A stretch of DNA of 64,000 bases from Octopus bimaculoides. Its lineage: Eukaryota. The position numbers and the translations under genes were made by a program. Shown piece after piece: positions 51,810 through 64,000 of the stretch (the stretch's first letter is position 1; every line of letters begins with the position of its first letter). Where the stretch lies: NCBI RefSeq assembly GCF_001194135.2, contig NC_068994.1:20921569-20985568 (forward strand). The letters are read 5' to 3'. The notes beneath the pieces were generated by a model, which worked only from the letters and a program-made list of their open reading frames with translations, did no database searches and had not been told where the DNA came from.

Positions 51810-52620
51810 TCAGTCTTGTTTCCCTAGCTTGTTGGTCTGCACAACATTAGCTTCAATATCTAGTGATTTTGAAGCTCTTGAAAGAGAGACATATAATTGT
51901 CCGTAACTAAAGACTTGCTGCAGTAAATATATTTCTACTTTACTTAAAGACTGATCTTGTGCTTTATTTATTGTTATAGAATATGACAAGCATAGTGAAG
52001 AGTCCGTCTTTTCCATTTTAAATAATAAATTTATGTTACGTTGTGCCATTCTAAGTCTAGCTATCCAAACTCATTGTCCTGTTAAAGCTCCATTTTTTAT
52101 CAAAGCTTTAACATAGTTTTGCATTCAGTTCCATTGCCAACTTCTTGTTCAAGAGGTAACTTGTGCAAGCACATCATAATGTCTTTACGTTTCAACCTTT
52201 AAGCATGAATAAGTTCAGAAGTTCAGTAGGGTGGCATTCAGCTTCTCGTTACCCATCACGTACTGATTTTTTGTTGTGCCATATGAAAATATTTTTTTTT
52301 AATCTTTTGTCGTTACATCTTTAAATCTATTCTTTAACATTTATGGAATGGCACTGTACAGATAGCTGCAAACATTTAAACTAAGCCAACATTCTAAAGT
52401 TAGACGCTTTTATTGTAGCATTTTAAAACTGTTCATCATATTCTAATAGCTGCAGGTTATTAAATGCACCTATCAAAGTAGGCAAGATTTTCCTTTCAAC
52501 AGATTTATGATCATAGCTTTTTGCTCTGGGAACATGGTGAAATAGCTTACAACAGTAAGATTTTTCTGAACCTCTTGGGCTAATCACATTGTGTTTTCTT
52601 CTTGGCATCCACTTGCTTTC
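51810..52620 (-). mobile_element. Helitron RepHel remnant, internally deleted
   Basis: ORF 51810..52049 has TINKAQDQSLSKV...VFSYGQLYVSLSRA (Pif1 helicase C-terminal motifs). ORF 52423..52608 has ...HVPRAKSY...LQLLEYDEQF (Rep-Hel linker). Confidence 0.82.
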
Positions 52621-53399
52621 TCTTTCACTGAGAACATTATGAGCAGAAGTTTAACTGTACGAGAAGGTATGTTCATTCATATCAAGACTAATCAGCTTAA
52701 ATCATTTTAGTTAAAATAGTTTCATGGTTACATTGAGCCTCAGTTGGCTTGATAAGCTTCATCTATTTAAAAGTACACATATTACTGACCTGGAAGATGG
52801 ATGGCTAGTCTGCAAATAGTATGGAATGAATTATGTATCTTGTAGGAAGTTGGGAAACACATATTTACAAGGTAAGCTGTTCTTGCCAAGAAGACTTACC
52901 ATGTCATATTGGACAGGTAGATTACTTTCCCCAAAAAAGTTGTCACTAGCAGCCAGCTAATTTAAAGCAGAGATATTGGTAGCATTGCTTATTATTTCTA
53001 TAGAAAAGGAACTGTGTCCTTTGTAAATGTATTTAAATAAATTTCATAATATTTAATTAATTTTCACTGATGAACATTTCTCAAGATTAATAATGTGCAT
53101 GATACTTGTTTAATAGGCATATGTTACAAAGTGCCACTTTGCAATTGCCAATGAAACGGCAGCCAACATGTAATAACTACACTGTTGTGCTGGTGGTTTT
53201 CAGGATATTTTTTGACATTTTACTGTTTTTTTCCAAAAGCCCTTACAGAATTTCTCTTAACCTGACCGAGCCATTTTCCATAGAAGGAGGTGACAGACTA
53301 TCAACACTACAGGGTCTGAGTATCCTGAATTTCTTCATATCATGCAGCTCCCTATTTTTGTTTTCATCCAGAATTGCTGCTCAGACATTTTATATTTTA

Positions 53400-54000
53400 C
53401 TTATTGATTCTAAAAGAAGGGACAGTGTCCATCACCTGGCTTTCCATTGATGCCATTAATGTACCTCTTGAATCTTTGTAAGTCAGTACCTGCAGGAAAG
53501 ACATGAGTAGAGAAGGAATTACAGAGGACTGACATCCCAGGAAGAGAGTGATAAGTGCATAACTTAGGGTGCTAAATATAATAAGGGTGATGAGTGGAGA
53601 TGTGAGTTGTTTGGTAATGGATGAGTGAAGGTAGCATGAGCCCAACCAGCTCCAAGGAACATGGGCCACTTTAGTTGAAGTAGAAAAAGTAGTGAGTGGA
53701 GACAATCAGATAGCTTTTTTCTTGTGATCTAGGGTTGCTGCATGTGCAGCAAATAGATGTGAGAATCATACACCATTGTGGGGCTCCTTTGAGCTTTGTC
53801 AATAATGGTTGGGACTAAAGTATCTTCTTGCTCTGAAGATGCAGTCCTATGTCAAAAATTTACTCTTTGCCAAGAAAGATCCTTGATGATAGTGAGAGCC
53901 AGCATCTGGAGGGATTGTGACAGCTTTAGATGAATACTGCTCATGATTATGGGAGTGTGGAATTGTAGACTTTGTAAACTGTAGCTATTAAGTCTAATTG
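53400..54000 (-). mobile_element. Decayed L2/CR1/Jockey-group LINE 3' fragment
   Basis: TLDHKKKAI*L and ...CNSFSTHVFPAGTDLQRFKRYIN resemble the C-terminus of this group. Confidence 0.55.
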
Positions 54001-54913
54001 ATTTTCTGCAGTTTCATTGTTTTTTTAGAATGGATACATTTCCTCTTTATATTAAGAAATGAATAAAATTCTCACTTTTTGCTCAGGATTTTTTTTTTCC
54101 CCCTTTAGGAAAATATTTTCATTTTTAGATTCCTTTCACAAGCAGAATAATATTATCGGTTATTGAAGAATTGACCCATAATATTCTAGTTTTGAACCTT
54201 AATGTCATTTTCTCAGAAAACTTTGCATGGAGAGAAGTGAAAATATCAGACTGTTGCATTATGTCTTTCTTGTCCTACTGCAAATATATAAACACAAATC
54301 AAAAGTGAACCACTTTAATTTGTGCTTTATTCTCTCCCAATAACCTTTGTCTGTCATTAACTGCCTTGTAGAGGTGGGAAGGTGGGGACGGCCAAATGCA
54401 CAATTTAGTTTGTGCCTTTTCCAAATTTCAGTGCCCTAATAATACTTCCTAACTGCCATAAAGCAACTCTACTTGATGACAGCTCCTTGTACAGCTGTCA
54501 TCACCTAATCTTATCACATATCCATACTGCTCCCATTGCTTTTCTTTCCCCTTCCCCTTCACTTCTCTCTCTCTCTCTCTCCCTTTTCCCTATTCCTCTC
54601 TTTCCCCTCTCTCTAATTAACATCAGACTACCACAAAGTTGTCAATTTTTACTGGTATTTTTTGTTGTTATTATCAGTCACACACATACCCACACACACG
54701 GCTTTGTGCTAATGAATTGAATGGTTTAGTAAATGTAAACATTTGCATTGTTGTTAGATCCAATCTTTGGTAACTATATCTCAAAAGTATTTGTTTCCTT
54801 CAAGCTTCATTCTCTTAGCTCTTGATCAGAATAAAAACATTCCCAAACCATAAAAATCACTCCATTGTTTTATACAAGAAGCTAGCATTTAAGTGTGTTT
54901 CAAACACCATCTT

Positions 54914-55105
54914 ATATTGGTTTCAAATTTTGGCACAAGGCTAGCAAGTTCAAGTAGGGGATAACTCAATTACATCGATCCTAATTTTCAGCTGGTACTT
55001 ATTTTATCAACCCCAAAAGGATGAAAGGTAAAGTCAACTTTGGCAGAATCTGAACTCATAAACATAAAGATGGATGAAATGCTAAGCATTTTGCCCAAGC
55101 CAACA
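54914..55105 (-). mobile_element. SINE family B
   Basis: ggtacttattttatcaaccccaaaaggatgaaaggtaaagtcaac (reverse-complement core). Confidence 0.85.
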
Positions 55106-56079
55106 AGCTAGAGGTATTTACTAAACTCTTCCAAGATCTCAAAACTTTAAAAATTAAAATACTTGGTCAGACTGCTTTTTCTTGAAATATAATTAATGTG
55201 GAACGAAATAAATAGAAGAACAACTTACTCCTTGCAAATTTTTCAATTACTAATGCAGCAAACTGGTGTCCTATATTCTGTGGTTATCTCCTGTTGCAAG
55301 AATTGTGTCCTGTCCATATCAGGATTCTTTAAAGAATCATGATCCCTAGTGTTGTTTAGTATATTATAATACAGTTTTTAATGAATTAAATCTGCATCTC
55401 AGTTTCATTTTCCATTCAGCTAACCACTGTAGTAATAAAATTTGATTGTAAAACATGAATTGTATGAACAACAGTCATCAAAAAAAAACAAGAAGAAATG
55501 TAAATATCTTTTTCATTTTCAAAAGCACTAAATTAGCTGGCCAGGGGACAGGTTGGGGTATGAATATCCTGGGCAAATTTTCATTTCCTTTATGCCTAGT
55601 TCCTCTTTTTAGATGATATTAAAAACTGAGCATGCATACTGAACGCATTATCATAATCCACCCCCCTCTCTCTTCCATGTACGCATGCAGAGGAGGAAAG
55701 ATCTCATACTTGTATCTGGGTTGAGTAACTGATTTTACAACTCATAATTCACTCTATGTACAAACCCATTCTGTACATGGTAAGTTAATTACCTCTCAGT
55801 TACCCCCACCCCACCCATGCACATAATTATCAAGTCTGAAAAACTAAGGTCATTTCAGCCCAAGGTAACTGGTCCTGATTGTGTTACCTTTATCACCATT
55901 GATGTCCTGAGCTGTGCTATATCCCCAACAAACGTTTCAGCATTTTTCTACAGGTATATTCTTGAGCCTATGGATACATGCCATAGTGTATTAAATCCCA
56001 TTAAAAGTTAACCCAACTTTTTTATAGTCTTGGGTATAGTACCAGATGTGTTAGAGAACTTGTCTATGCTAAATACTTA

Positions 56080-56850
56080 AATACTTGCCTTTGTTAAATA
56101 CCAGAGTGTTTTTGCTCTTCTGAAGTTCAGCAAAACTTTCAATGAAGCCTGGCACATGAACCTCAATGAAAATTGTTCACCAATGGGCTTCATAAGAAGT
56201 CTCATAACTCAACAGGGGAGTGCATATATGGTTGCTTAATCTGAATTCACACACCCCCACCATCTTAGGAAAGGACACATTAAGTAATGTGGTTCTGGGT
56301 TCCATTATTCCTTCTCAGTTCTTTCTCAATTCCTGAACAACTCACAACTAGAACTTTCACAAACCTTTCAGGTACTAAACTTCATAATCTTTTATAATAA
56401 TGTCCACATCTCTTCTATAACATAAGAAAAACTGTGTCTCAAAAGTTTTATACAGGACCAGAATTACTTTGGTTCTGAACAGTTGCTAACCCTACACACA
56501 ACAGCCATGTGAAGATTATTGCTTACATACTTTGTATAAAGTGGCTGTTATTTACATAAACATTCTAGGTTGCATCCAATAAAGTCATTTGACTGATTTG
56601 TAAGCTTTTCATTCACTAACACACTACAACTTCCTGCATTCTGATGAGCCACTTCCTTTCTCTGTTTTCCTATCATTACTACAATGTTTCTTCTAAACTA
56701 GCAAGCTGTGTACTGACATTTCCACTTGTCATCCTATGCCCCACTCTCAGAATCCTCTATCCCACATATAACTCAAGACTTTATCCTCTGGAACTTATCC
56801 AAGGTGAATATCAACTATATAAACTTCGCTATGACTGTTAGGCATGCAAA
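56080..56850 (+). mobile_element. Very old L2/CR1-group LINE remnant
   Basis: ALLKFSKTFNEAWH (RT domain 3-like) and ...QDFILWN near the end. Confidence 0.45.
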
Positions 56851-57169
56851 GATCTTACTTTTGGACTCTTTTCTCTGGACTAAAACATTAAGAACAAAAA
56901 ATTGCTGTTTTTCTTTTGCAAAACACTTGTACTCAGTAAGAAGTACAAGTGGACTGTACTTAGTTGTGTGTATGAGCCAATAGCAAAGTAAATTGGTTGT
57001 AATGACCATGTAGTCATCCAACACCAATTGCACCTGCTTTTATGCATATTTGCACAACTTTCATTCTCCTTCCATTTTTATTTACAGTAATTTCTCTTAT
57101 TTTTGTCATCTAATGTTTCCCTGTATATCTCTCAAGGTTATGTAAGTGTGAGCAGGATTTTTTAAATTC

Positions 57170-57383
57170 TTTTATTCATTTACTTGTTTCAGTCATTTGA
57201 CTATAGCCATGCGTAAAGGGTTTAGTCCAAGAAATCAACCCTACGACTTGTTCTTTGTAAGCCTAGTACTTATTCTATCGGTCTCTTTTTGCTGAACTGT
57301 TAAGTTTTTGGGACAAAAACACACCAACATCAGTTGTTAAGCAATGGTGGGGGACAAACACAGACACACACATAAATATATAT

Positions 57384-57427
<44 letters not shown>

Positions 57428-57582
57428 GACTGGCTTCTTTCAGTTTCTGTCTACCAAATCCACTCACGAGCCTTTGTCTGGCCCAAGGCCAAAGTAGAAG
57501 ACACTTGACCAAGGTGCCACACAGTGGGGCTGAACCTGGAACCGTGTGGTTGGAAAGCAAGCTCCTTACCAAACAGCCACAC
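57170..57582 (-). mobile_element. SINE family A
   Basis: Reverse complement with a long central (TA)n. Further partial + copies lie at ~57955-58080 and 58650-58850. Confidence 0.9.
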
Positions 57583-58094
57583 TGATGTTGAAGATCTTTA
57601 AATTTCTAATTTCATTCTAAAAACTACTCTGTCATTTTTATCATCATTTTCACCTAAACAATCTTGCCTTGGCTGAATCATCAAACATTAAAGTGAGTAT
57701 GTGTGTATGTATGTGGTAATCTTATATGAACAAAATTAGATGATTTGAAATAATGACATTATGGTAGATATGTAGTTATGAATTTCATTGAGATGCTGTG
57801 TTCAAGCTTGAAGATTTTTTCTAAACTAGTTTTATGAAAAAGAAACATTTCCTGTAATTGTAAAAATTATGGCCAAAAGAAAAATAAGAAAATATTGAAA
57901 ATTTTAAAAAATTTAAGACTGTTGAAAATAATAATTCTATATAGGATAGAGTATTGAGTATTAGCCATACAGTTCCAGATTCAGTTCTATTGTGTGGCAT
58001 GTTGAGCAAGTTTTCTTGTACTGTAGCCCTAGACCAACCAAAGCCTTGTAAGTGGATTTGGTTGACAGAAACTGAAATAACATAATAATAATAA

Positions 58095-58635
58095 TAATAA
58101 AATTATTGTGTATAGTAAGGTGCATGTATAGTACATAGAACTATGTACAAAGTCAGGAAAGTGAACAGTGCATGAGTCATAATATATATGTGTGCATGCA
58201 TATTGAGGTGGGGATATCAGGTGTAGATATCAGGAAGCATGGAGGTTTTAAAGGATGCAATGTCTCGGCAGCTAACAATTGATGCAGGTAGTTTCACTCT
58301 GAATGTGAAAAAATGTTTCTGAAAGTCATGGGAACTGTGCTGTTTCTAACTTTTTAGGCATGCCCATGTTAGACAAATGGAATTCAGAAAGGTGCTCGAG
58401 GTGGTTGTTGGTACAATGGTTAATAATTTTGCGGGTGTTTACCAAGTCAGTTGCCAGACGTCGGAGCTTCAATGTATTTATGCTCAGAGAAGCAAGGCAT
58501 TCAGAGTATGATAGATGCCTGATGAAAGGTTATTTGTTTGGTTGTACATCTCTGAACAGTTTCAAGGAGGTCAGTGTCCTAAACAAGTTAGGGGTTCCAG
58601 ACTGGTGATGCAAATTCCAAGTGTGGCCATGCCCA
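58095..58635 (-). mobile_element. CR1-clade LINE 3' fragment
   Basis: PFIRHLSYSECLASLSINTLKLRRLATDL...KIINH, typical of the CR1 ORF2 C-terminus. Confidence 0.8.
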
Positions 58636-59125
58636 TTGTATGTGTAAGTGAGTGAGAGTTTGTCCCCTACCACTGCTTGACAACTGGTGATGGTTTGTTT
58701 ACATTCTCGTAATTTAGCAGTTCGACATAAGAGACCAGTAGGATAAGTATCAGGCTTGAAAGAAGAAATTAATTATTGAGGTCAATTCATTTGGTAATGC
58801 CCCAGCATGGCCACTGTCCAATGACTGAAACGTTAAAGATAAAAGATACAACCATTTAGAATATGATAACCAAAATTATACATGAAAAATATAGAATATA
58901 AAAATGTTTGATCCTATAGTAAAGAAGAGTTATAGTAAGCAAGAGTGCTCCAAGATAGATGATAAAAGGAATGGCTCCAAGATAGACAATAAACAGTGGA
59001 AATCAAATCAATAAATGCCATTGATGTTTAGTTACTGATGGTTGTAGATAAAAATAAATAATGAGATTGAAAAAAGCCATGAAGATGGGGCACAGTTTAG
59101 AAATTATGGTTGTGACAATGGTAAT

Positions 59126-59145
59126 AATGGCGGCTGCTGCTGGTG

Positions 59146-59189
<44 letters not shown>

Positions 59190-59195
59190 GGTGGT
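59126..59195. repeat. Compound trinucleotide microsatellite (GCT)n(GGT)n(AGT)n(GGT)n
   Basis: Read directly. One of many microsatellites, e.g. (TG)n at ~1901-1934 and (CA)n at ~50447-50506. Confidence 0.9.
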
Positions 59196-62100
59196 AAATG
59201 CAGTCTTTGTGATTTTATAAGAAGCAAAGGATAGATAAATGGATGAGAATGAAATCTATAATCCATCTAACTGATGTCAGTATGAAAAATTAAATGTAAA
59301 TAGGGTAGTAATACACTGAGACAAAATATATGACGATTTTGTTATTTATGACAATGAATCTCATGATGCTTATTCATAAATTTGCCTTTAAAAATACATT
59401 TATTTATAAATGTTCAGATTAAAAAAAGCAATTAAAAAAAGGCGTATTTGCTTTTACTGACATATACATCTTATTTTCAGTAAAATGTTTTAAACCCAGA
59501 TAAAGACATTTTGTAAGTAACCCATCAACAAGATGCAACATTCAGCATAGCTTTAGTCAAAGAAGCTGAAGAAAAAGCAGACACCACTCCAAATTCGTTA
59601 CTTAAATGGTTAGTGTTAAAAAGAATATCTATAATAGAATGTCTGCTGAAGCAGTTCTTGTAGATTCACAAAATCATCTTGTATGAAGCATATGTAAAAA
59701 TGGTTAAAGTAGAAATTATAACTGTAATAGTTATATTTTGGGGGGATATGGATATGTTTGTAACCTGCCAAATTGTATGATCTGTTCCATCCCATATTAT
59801 TCCTTTGCCTATACTGCATAGTTTTGTCCACCAGTTGCTACTCCTTCATATATAGACTGTTCTCAATTAGGAGCAGGGTTATTTTTTTTTTTATTTTCTT
59901 TCCTTGACTTTTTCTTTGTATTCTTTTCTCTCCAGCCTTTTTCTTCCCATCTTATTACTTTGTTTCAGCATTTCTTATTTCTTTGTCCTGTTTGCAGTTT
60001 CCCTTGTACGACTTCTATTCTCTCTTGTCTTATCACTTCAGCCTAATAAAATATCAACTTATTTTTTCTTTCCTTCTTAGAACCTCAGAATCATTACTTG
60101 AAACATCTAAATATATTAACCATCCATATAAGCAACAAGTGTTTTGTGTGTGTGTGTGTGTGCACGTGCATGCACTTATGAATACTTCCTCAATGAATAG
60201 TATTTTTGCTTAAACAAACTATGAAGCCATGTTTACAATAACTGTAATTTCAGATCCTGTAGCAGTGTAGCTGTGAGACAAAACAATATCTATAGGTGTT
60301 GTCCACAATATCCTTCCTTCTCTAAAGTTTTCTGTTGAGAAAATGCATTTGAAAATCTAATTTATCCTAATTTATTTTGGTGATTATTTTGTAAGGTGAA
60401 CACTTGTGCCATTACCCCCTTTCTCCCACCCTACTCCCAAAACTGTGTTCACATACTTGTTCCTGTTTATATGACCTCTGTCTATGAATGGTTTTGTGTC
60501 TTTTGCAGTTGCTTGCATAATCAGGTTCATCTTGTTCTCCTTATTCTCTTTCCCTCTCATCTCACCCCTCTATATACTTCCATAATTCTGTCTTAAATAT
60601 CTTCTTAAAATCCTTAATATTGTTACTTTCATTATTACAGTAATTCTTCTACCATGTAAGCAAAATATAATTTCATCTTTCTTGGTCTCTCTCTCTCTCT
60701 CTATCTATCTCTCTCCTTATTATACTTGTCATCTCATCAAGTGTTATTTATTCTTTCAAAGAAATCTTTTTAATTTTTATTATGTCTATCATTCTATCGG
60801 TTATTTTGAACATTTCTTGTTTTACCCTGTTTTTGGAAATATAAGAAAAATAATAAATCCCTATCAATTGTTCTGGTATGCTGTGTTAAAATTTACCTAT
60901 GGAATTATGGGAACACAAAATATTTTGCTGAAGAGCCAGACAATGGAGCAGAAACTTTACAATTGTCATCATGTTGTTTTCTTCATTCTGTTTTCTCCTC
61001 TCTGCCTGTTTAGGAAAAAAATTGTATTATTATTTTTTTTTAATGAATGGTGAGTGTTAAGATGCTGTTTCTTGCTATAAAACATACTTTGAACAGTTCA
61101 TGTAAATGTCTGGATTTCAAGAATCCATGGTGTTTTATCAGAAAGGACTAAATAGTGAATTTGTGTGTGTTATGAGAGAGGTGAGACTAGTGACAATCTG
61201 CCACATTATTGTATCAAGAAGCCTTTGCACAGCTACTCAGCCTATTAGAAACAACAAACAAATCTCAACTGACACCCTATTAATCATCTTGAAAGCAGAT
61301 GAACATATTGAATAATGTGATGCTACATACATTTTATTCGAGGTGGGAATGCTTTTGTTTTGCAGAATCCATGATATCCCAGAAAATTGTGTGTGTTTGT
61401 CTGATTGTAAGAAGTGGTAAATTACTGTATTGTAAATATGTCTAACTCATGTCAGCATGGGTTACAGTGATGATGACAACTGCAACAACAGCTGTGTTGT
61501 TGTTGTTATAGACAACAATTAAACTCATGAAAGATAACAAGCTTAACAATTTTTTTTTACCTAAATACTTTCCTTAAATGGTCTAATCTCTAAACAATTC
61601 TATTTTACTACACCAATAAATGTCCAATCTTGTACCTTTATTTAGTGCTTCTTTCATCATTACTTCAGCTAGTATAGTACTGAGGTAACCAGAATATGAC
61701 CAAAACATGTCCAGAATTGTCTCAGGTCCATGTCAGTTGCTGAGTAATGCTTTTTCCCTCACTGCATAAGAAATTCTAGTTAGCTTTTTTAACATTCTGT
61801 ATATTGAATATGTTACCATTTACTACTTAAAATAATAAAGTTTGGGATGTATCTCAAATATACTTGAAGTTTAATAAAAGGAACAAATTATTAGATATAA
61901 AATGCTTGAAACAAATGTAACACCTTCCTTTGTGGGGAGTATGTAGCTTGTATTTCTTATCCACATAATTATATTTTATTTTGTATCATTAAGAAAATAA
62001 GTAATTATGAAAAAATCTCCATTACCCATATCAGTTTGATTCTTATTTAACACCATTTCACTTAATTCTGCTAACACCATCGGTAAATGACACGAGCATT

Positions 62101-62776
62101 ATTATTTTGGGGTTCCTCTAAAAAACTTATGGTTTGCTGCCTGTATAAGAAATAATTATTATATACCAAAGTATACATATTTAAAGCATATGTAATGTGT
62201 AAATGTGCAAGTATAACTTCATTCGTTTACATGTACACAATCATTCACACTCTCACACAGTCACGAACCTAATAAACACTCTAATTGTGTCTAGTTTTGT
62301 ATCTTAATATTTATTAGACAAGTTTCATTATGTTGTTATGAAGTTACTTATAAATAATATTTCATATAATTTGTTATTCTACTTATTTAATTTGAACTGT
62401 ATTTAGTCACTAATTAATTAACACAAAAATATGACTTGAAAATATAACTTTGAAATATCTTGAAGCTATTTTAAAACTTCAGCCATATGAGTAAGTCATT
62501 TCTTTTTTTTTTATGTTCCCTCAAATCCCTTATTGTTGTTTACTCTCCGTGAAATGAATATTGTGCATCTTACTGATAGTTTTTTGCTGTCAAAAGATTA
62601 AATTCTCCAATGTTATTTTCTTTTTTTTTTTTTTATGTATATTTTCTCTTACAGGTCATTTCATTACATTTTTTCTTTTCTCTCTCTTTCTCTTTGACCC
62701 ATTCTTAATAATTTTTATTTTATCATTTTTTTCTGTTGTTTTTTTTTTTCCATTTTCTTTTGATTTCTTCTGTCAG

Positions 62777-63037
62777 TTTGATAAAGAAGAAAAAGAAACT
62801 GATGACTTAGAATTTTATCATGATGCTCGAGACTTCCCTCCTGCCATGGGAGATTCTTGGGTGGAACAAATTCACAACTTCACTGAAATAGAAGATTCGT
62901 CCATAGGTCTGTCTCAGGACTCTTTGGAAGGATTGTCCTGGTCACACACAGACAGTGGTCTTGTTTTGGACAGCCCACTCCCCTATGGCTGCTGCTTTGA
63001 TGAGACCAATGTGAATGTGGTCAATTACGAAGCCAAT
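62777..63037 (+). CDS. Coding exon of the host gene (FDKEEKETDDLEFYHDARDF...VVNYEAN), 87 codons
   Basis: A long T-rich tract ends ttcttctgtcag|. The frame is open with coding-like composition, and the donor is AAT|gtatgt (phase 0/0). It could instead be a terminal exon reading VCI* to 63049. Confidence 0.8.
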
Positions 63038-64000
63038 GTATGTATCTAAGTAAAAACAATCCATGGAACAATTTTTGACCTAATAACCACTGTATAAAGT
63101 GATTGAAAGTTAGAGAGCAAAAGAAAACAAGAAAATAACATCAACAACAACAAGCAAATTACTCAATTATTCTTTTCTTTTTCTTGTCTATTTGTTTTTT
63201 GTTGATGATGTTGTTTTCTCTCTTTTTGTCAATTTTGGAATGACTTGCTCTTGAAAACTACTTATGCTACTACCACTACTACTACTACTACTACTACTAT
63301 TGCTGCTACACTGAAAATGGCTGTTTTAGTGGCATGATGTGCTGCATGCCTAGTCATGTGATGTGGTATCTATCCATTTATTAACACAATGCCCTTAGGA
63401 CTGCCAACTTAAAACACTCATTTCTTATTCTATCACTATTTTGTTTTCCTATTTCTCTTACTTGACTTATTTTATCAAGCACGTCTTGAATCTTGTAATA
63501 ACATAGGATTGCCAACTTATTAAAACACCCATATTCTGTTCTCTCACTATTTTATCTTCCTATTTATCTTCTTTGGCTTACATTTTCATCAAGCATATCT
63601 TGAACTTTTTAATAACATTTTTCATTGACTCTTTTACTTTTTGCTGTTGTCTAAAAATTTTCACTAAATTCTGGTAACTTTTCATCCTGCTACCCCATTC
63701 AAAAGTACGTCTTTGCATGTTCTAGATAAATTTAAAGAATTCTTGCACTGCCTCTGTTCACCTTCTTTCATCACTGCCAATCTGCTTAATATCATTTTGT
63801 TTATGAAATTCTAGTGTTTCATATTTTTGTCACAAAACATAAGCAGAGAGAGAAAATTTGTGATAATTATATCTTCTTCCACTACAGCCCATATTGGGTA
63901 TTAACCATTTCAACAATATCACTGAAGAGTGCTCAACATTCTAAGTACAAATAGAGTAATTTCATATATTTAAATATAAATATATATATATATATATATA

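Noticed and set aside
59481-59608. Possible exon (...QQDATFSIALVKEAEEKADTTPNSLLK) with donor G|gttagt
   Set aside because: All frames from the nearby acceptor contain stops, and the phase does not fit the flanking exons.
62561-62776. Hydrophobic N-terminal half of ORF 62561..63049 as a membrane segment
   Set aside because: It is the translated polypyrimidine tract of the intron. Coding starts at the 62777 acceptor.

Overview
This is AT-rich animal genomic DNA, not prokaryotic. Its tRNA-derived SINE families, RTE/R4/CR1 LINEs and dense microsatellites look like an octopus genome (inference from repeat recognition, no database search). Most of the window appears to be intron of one + strand protein-coding gene. 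Two internal exons are well supported (42253-42436, 62777-63037). A candidate first coding exon (16102-16133) is phase-compatible with them, giving an acidic, probably disordered N-terminus with no domain I can name. A CpG-rich island at about 28.3-30.5 kb may be an alternative or bidirectional promoter. The rest is decayed transposons: RTE, R4/Dong, CR1/L2, Gypsy, a full-length mariner, a Helitron relic, a Helentron-type HINE, piggyBac and hAT MITEs, and at least four SINE families. There are two assembly gaps. The most unusual structure is a ~185-bp-arm fold-back palindrome at 45.4-45.8 kb, built from a tRNA-headed element whose tail carries a Penelope-type hammerhead ribozyme motif. There is no CRISPR array, intact tRNA gene or rRNA. 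Nearly all six-frame ORFs are spurious or TE remnants.
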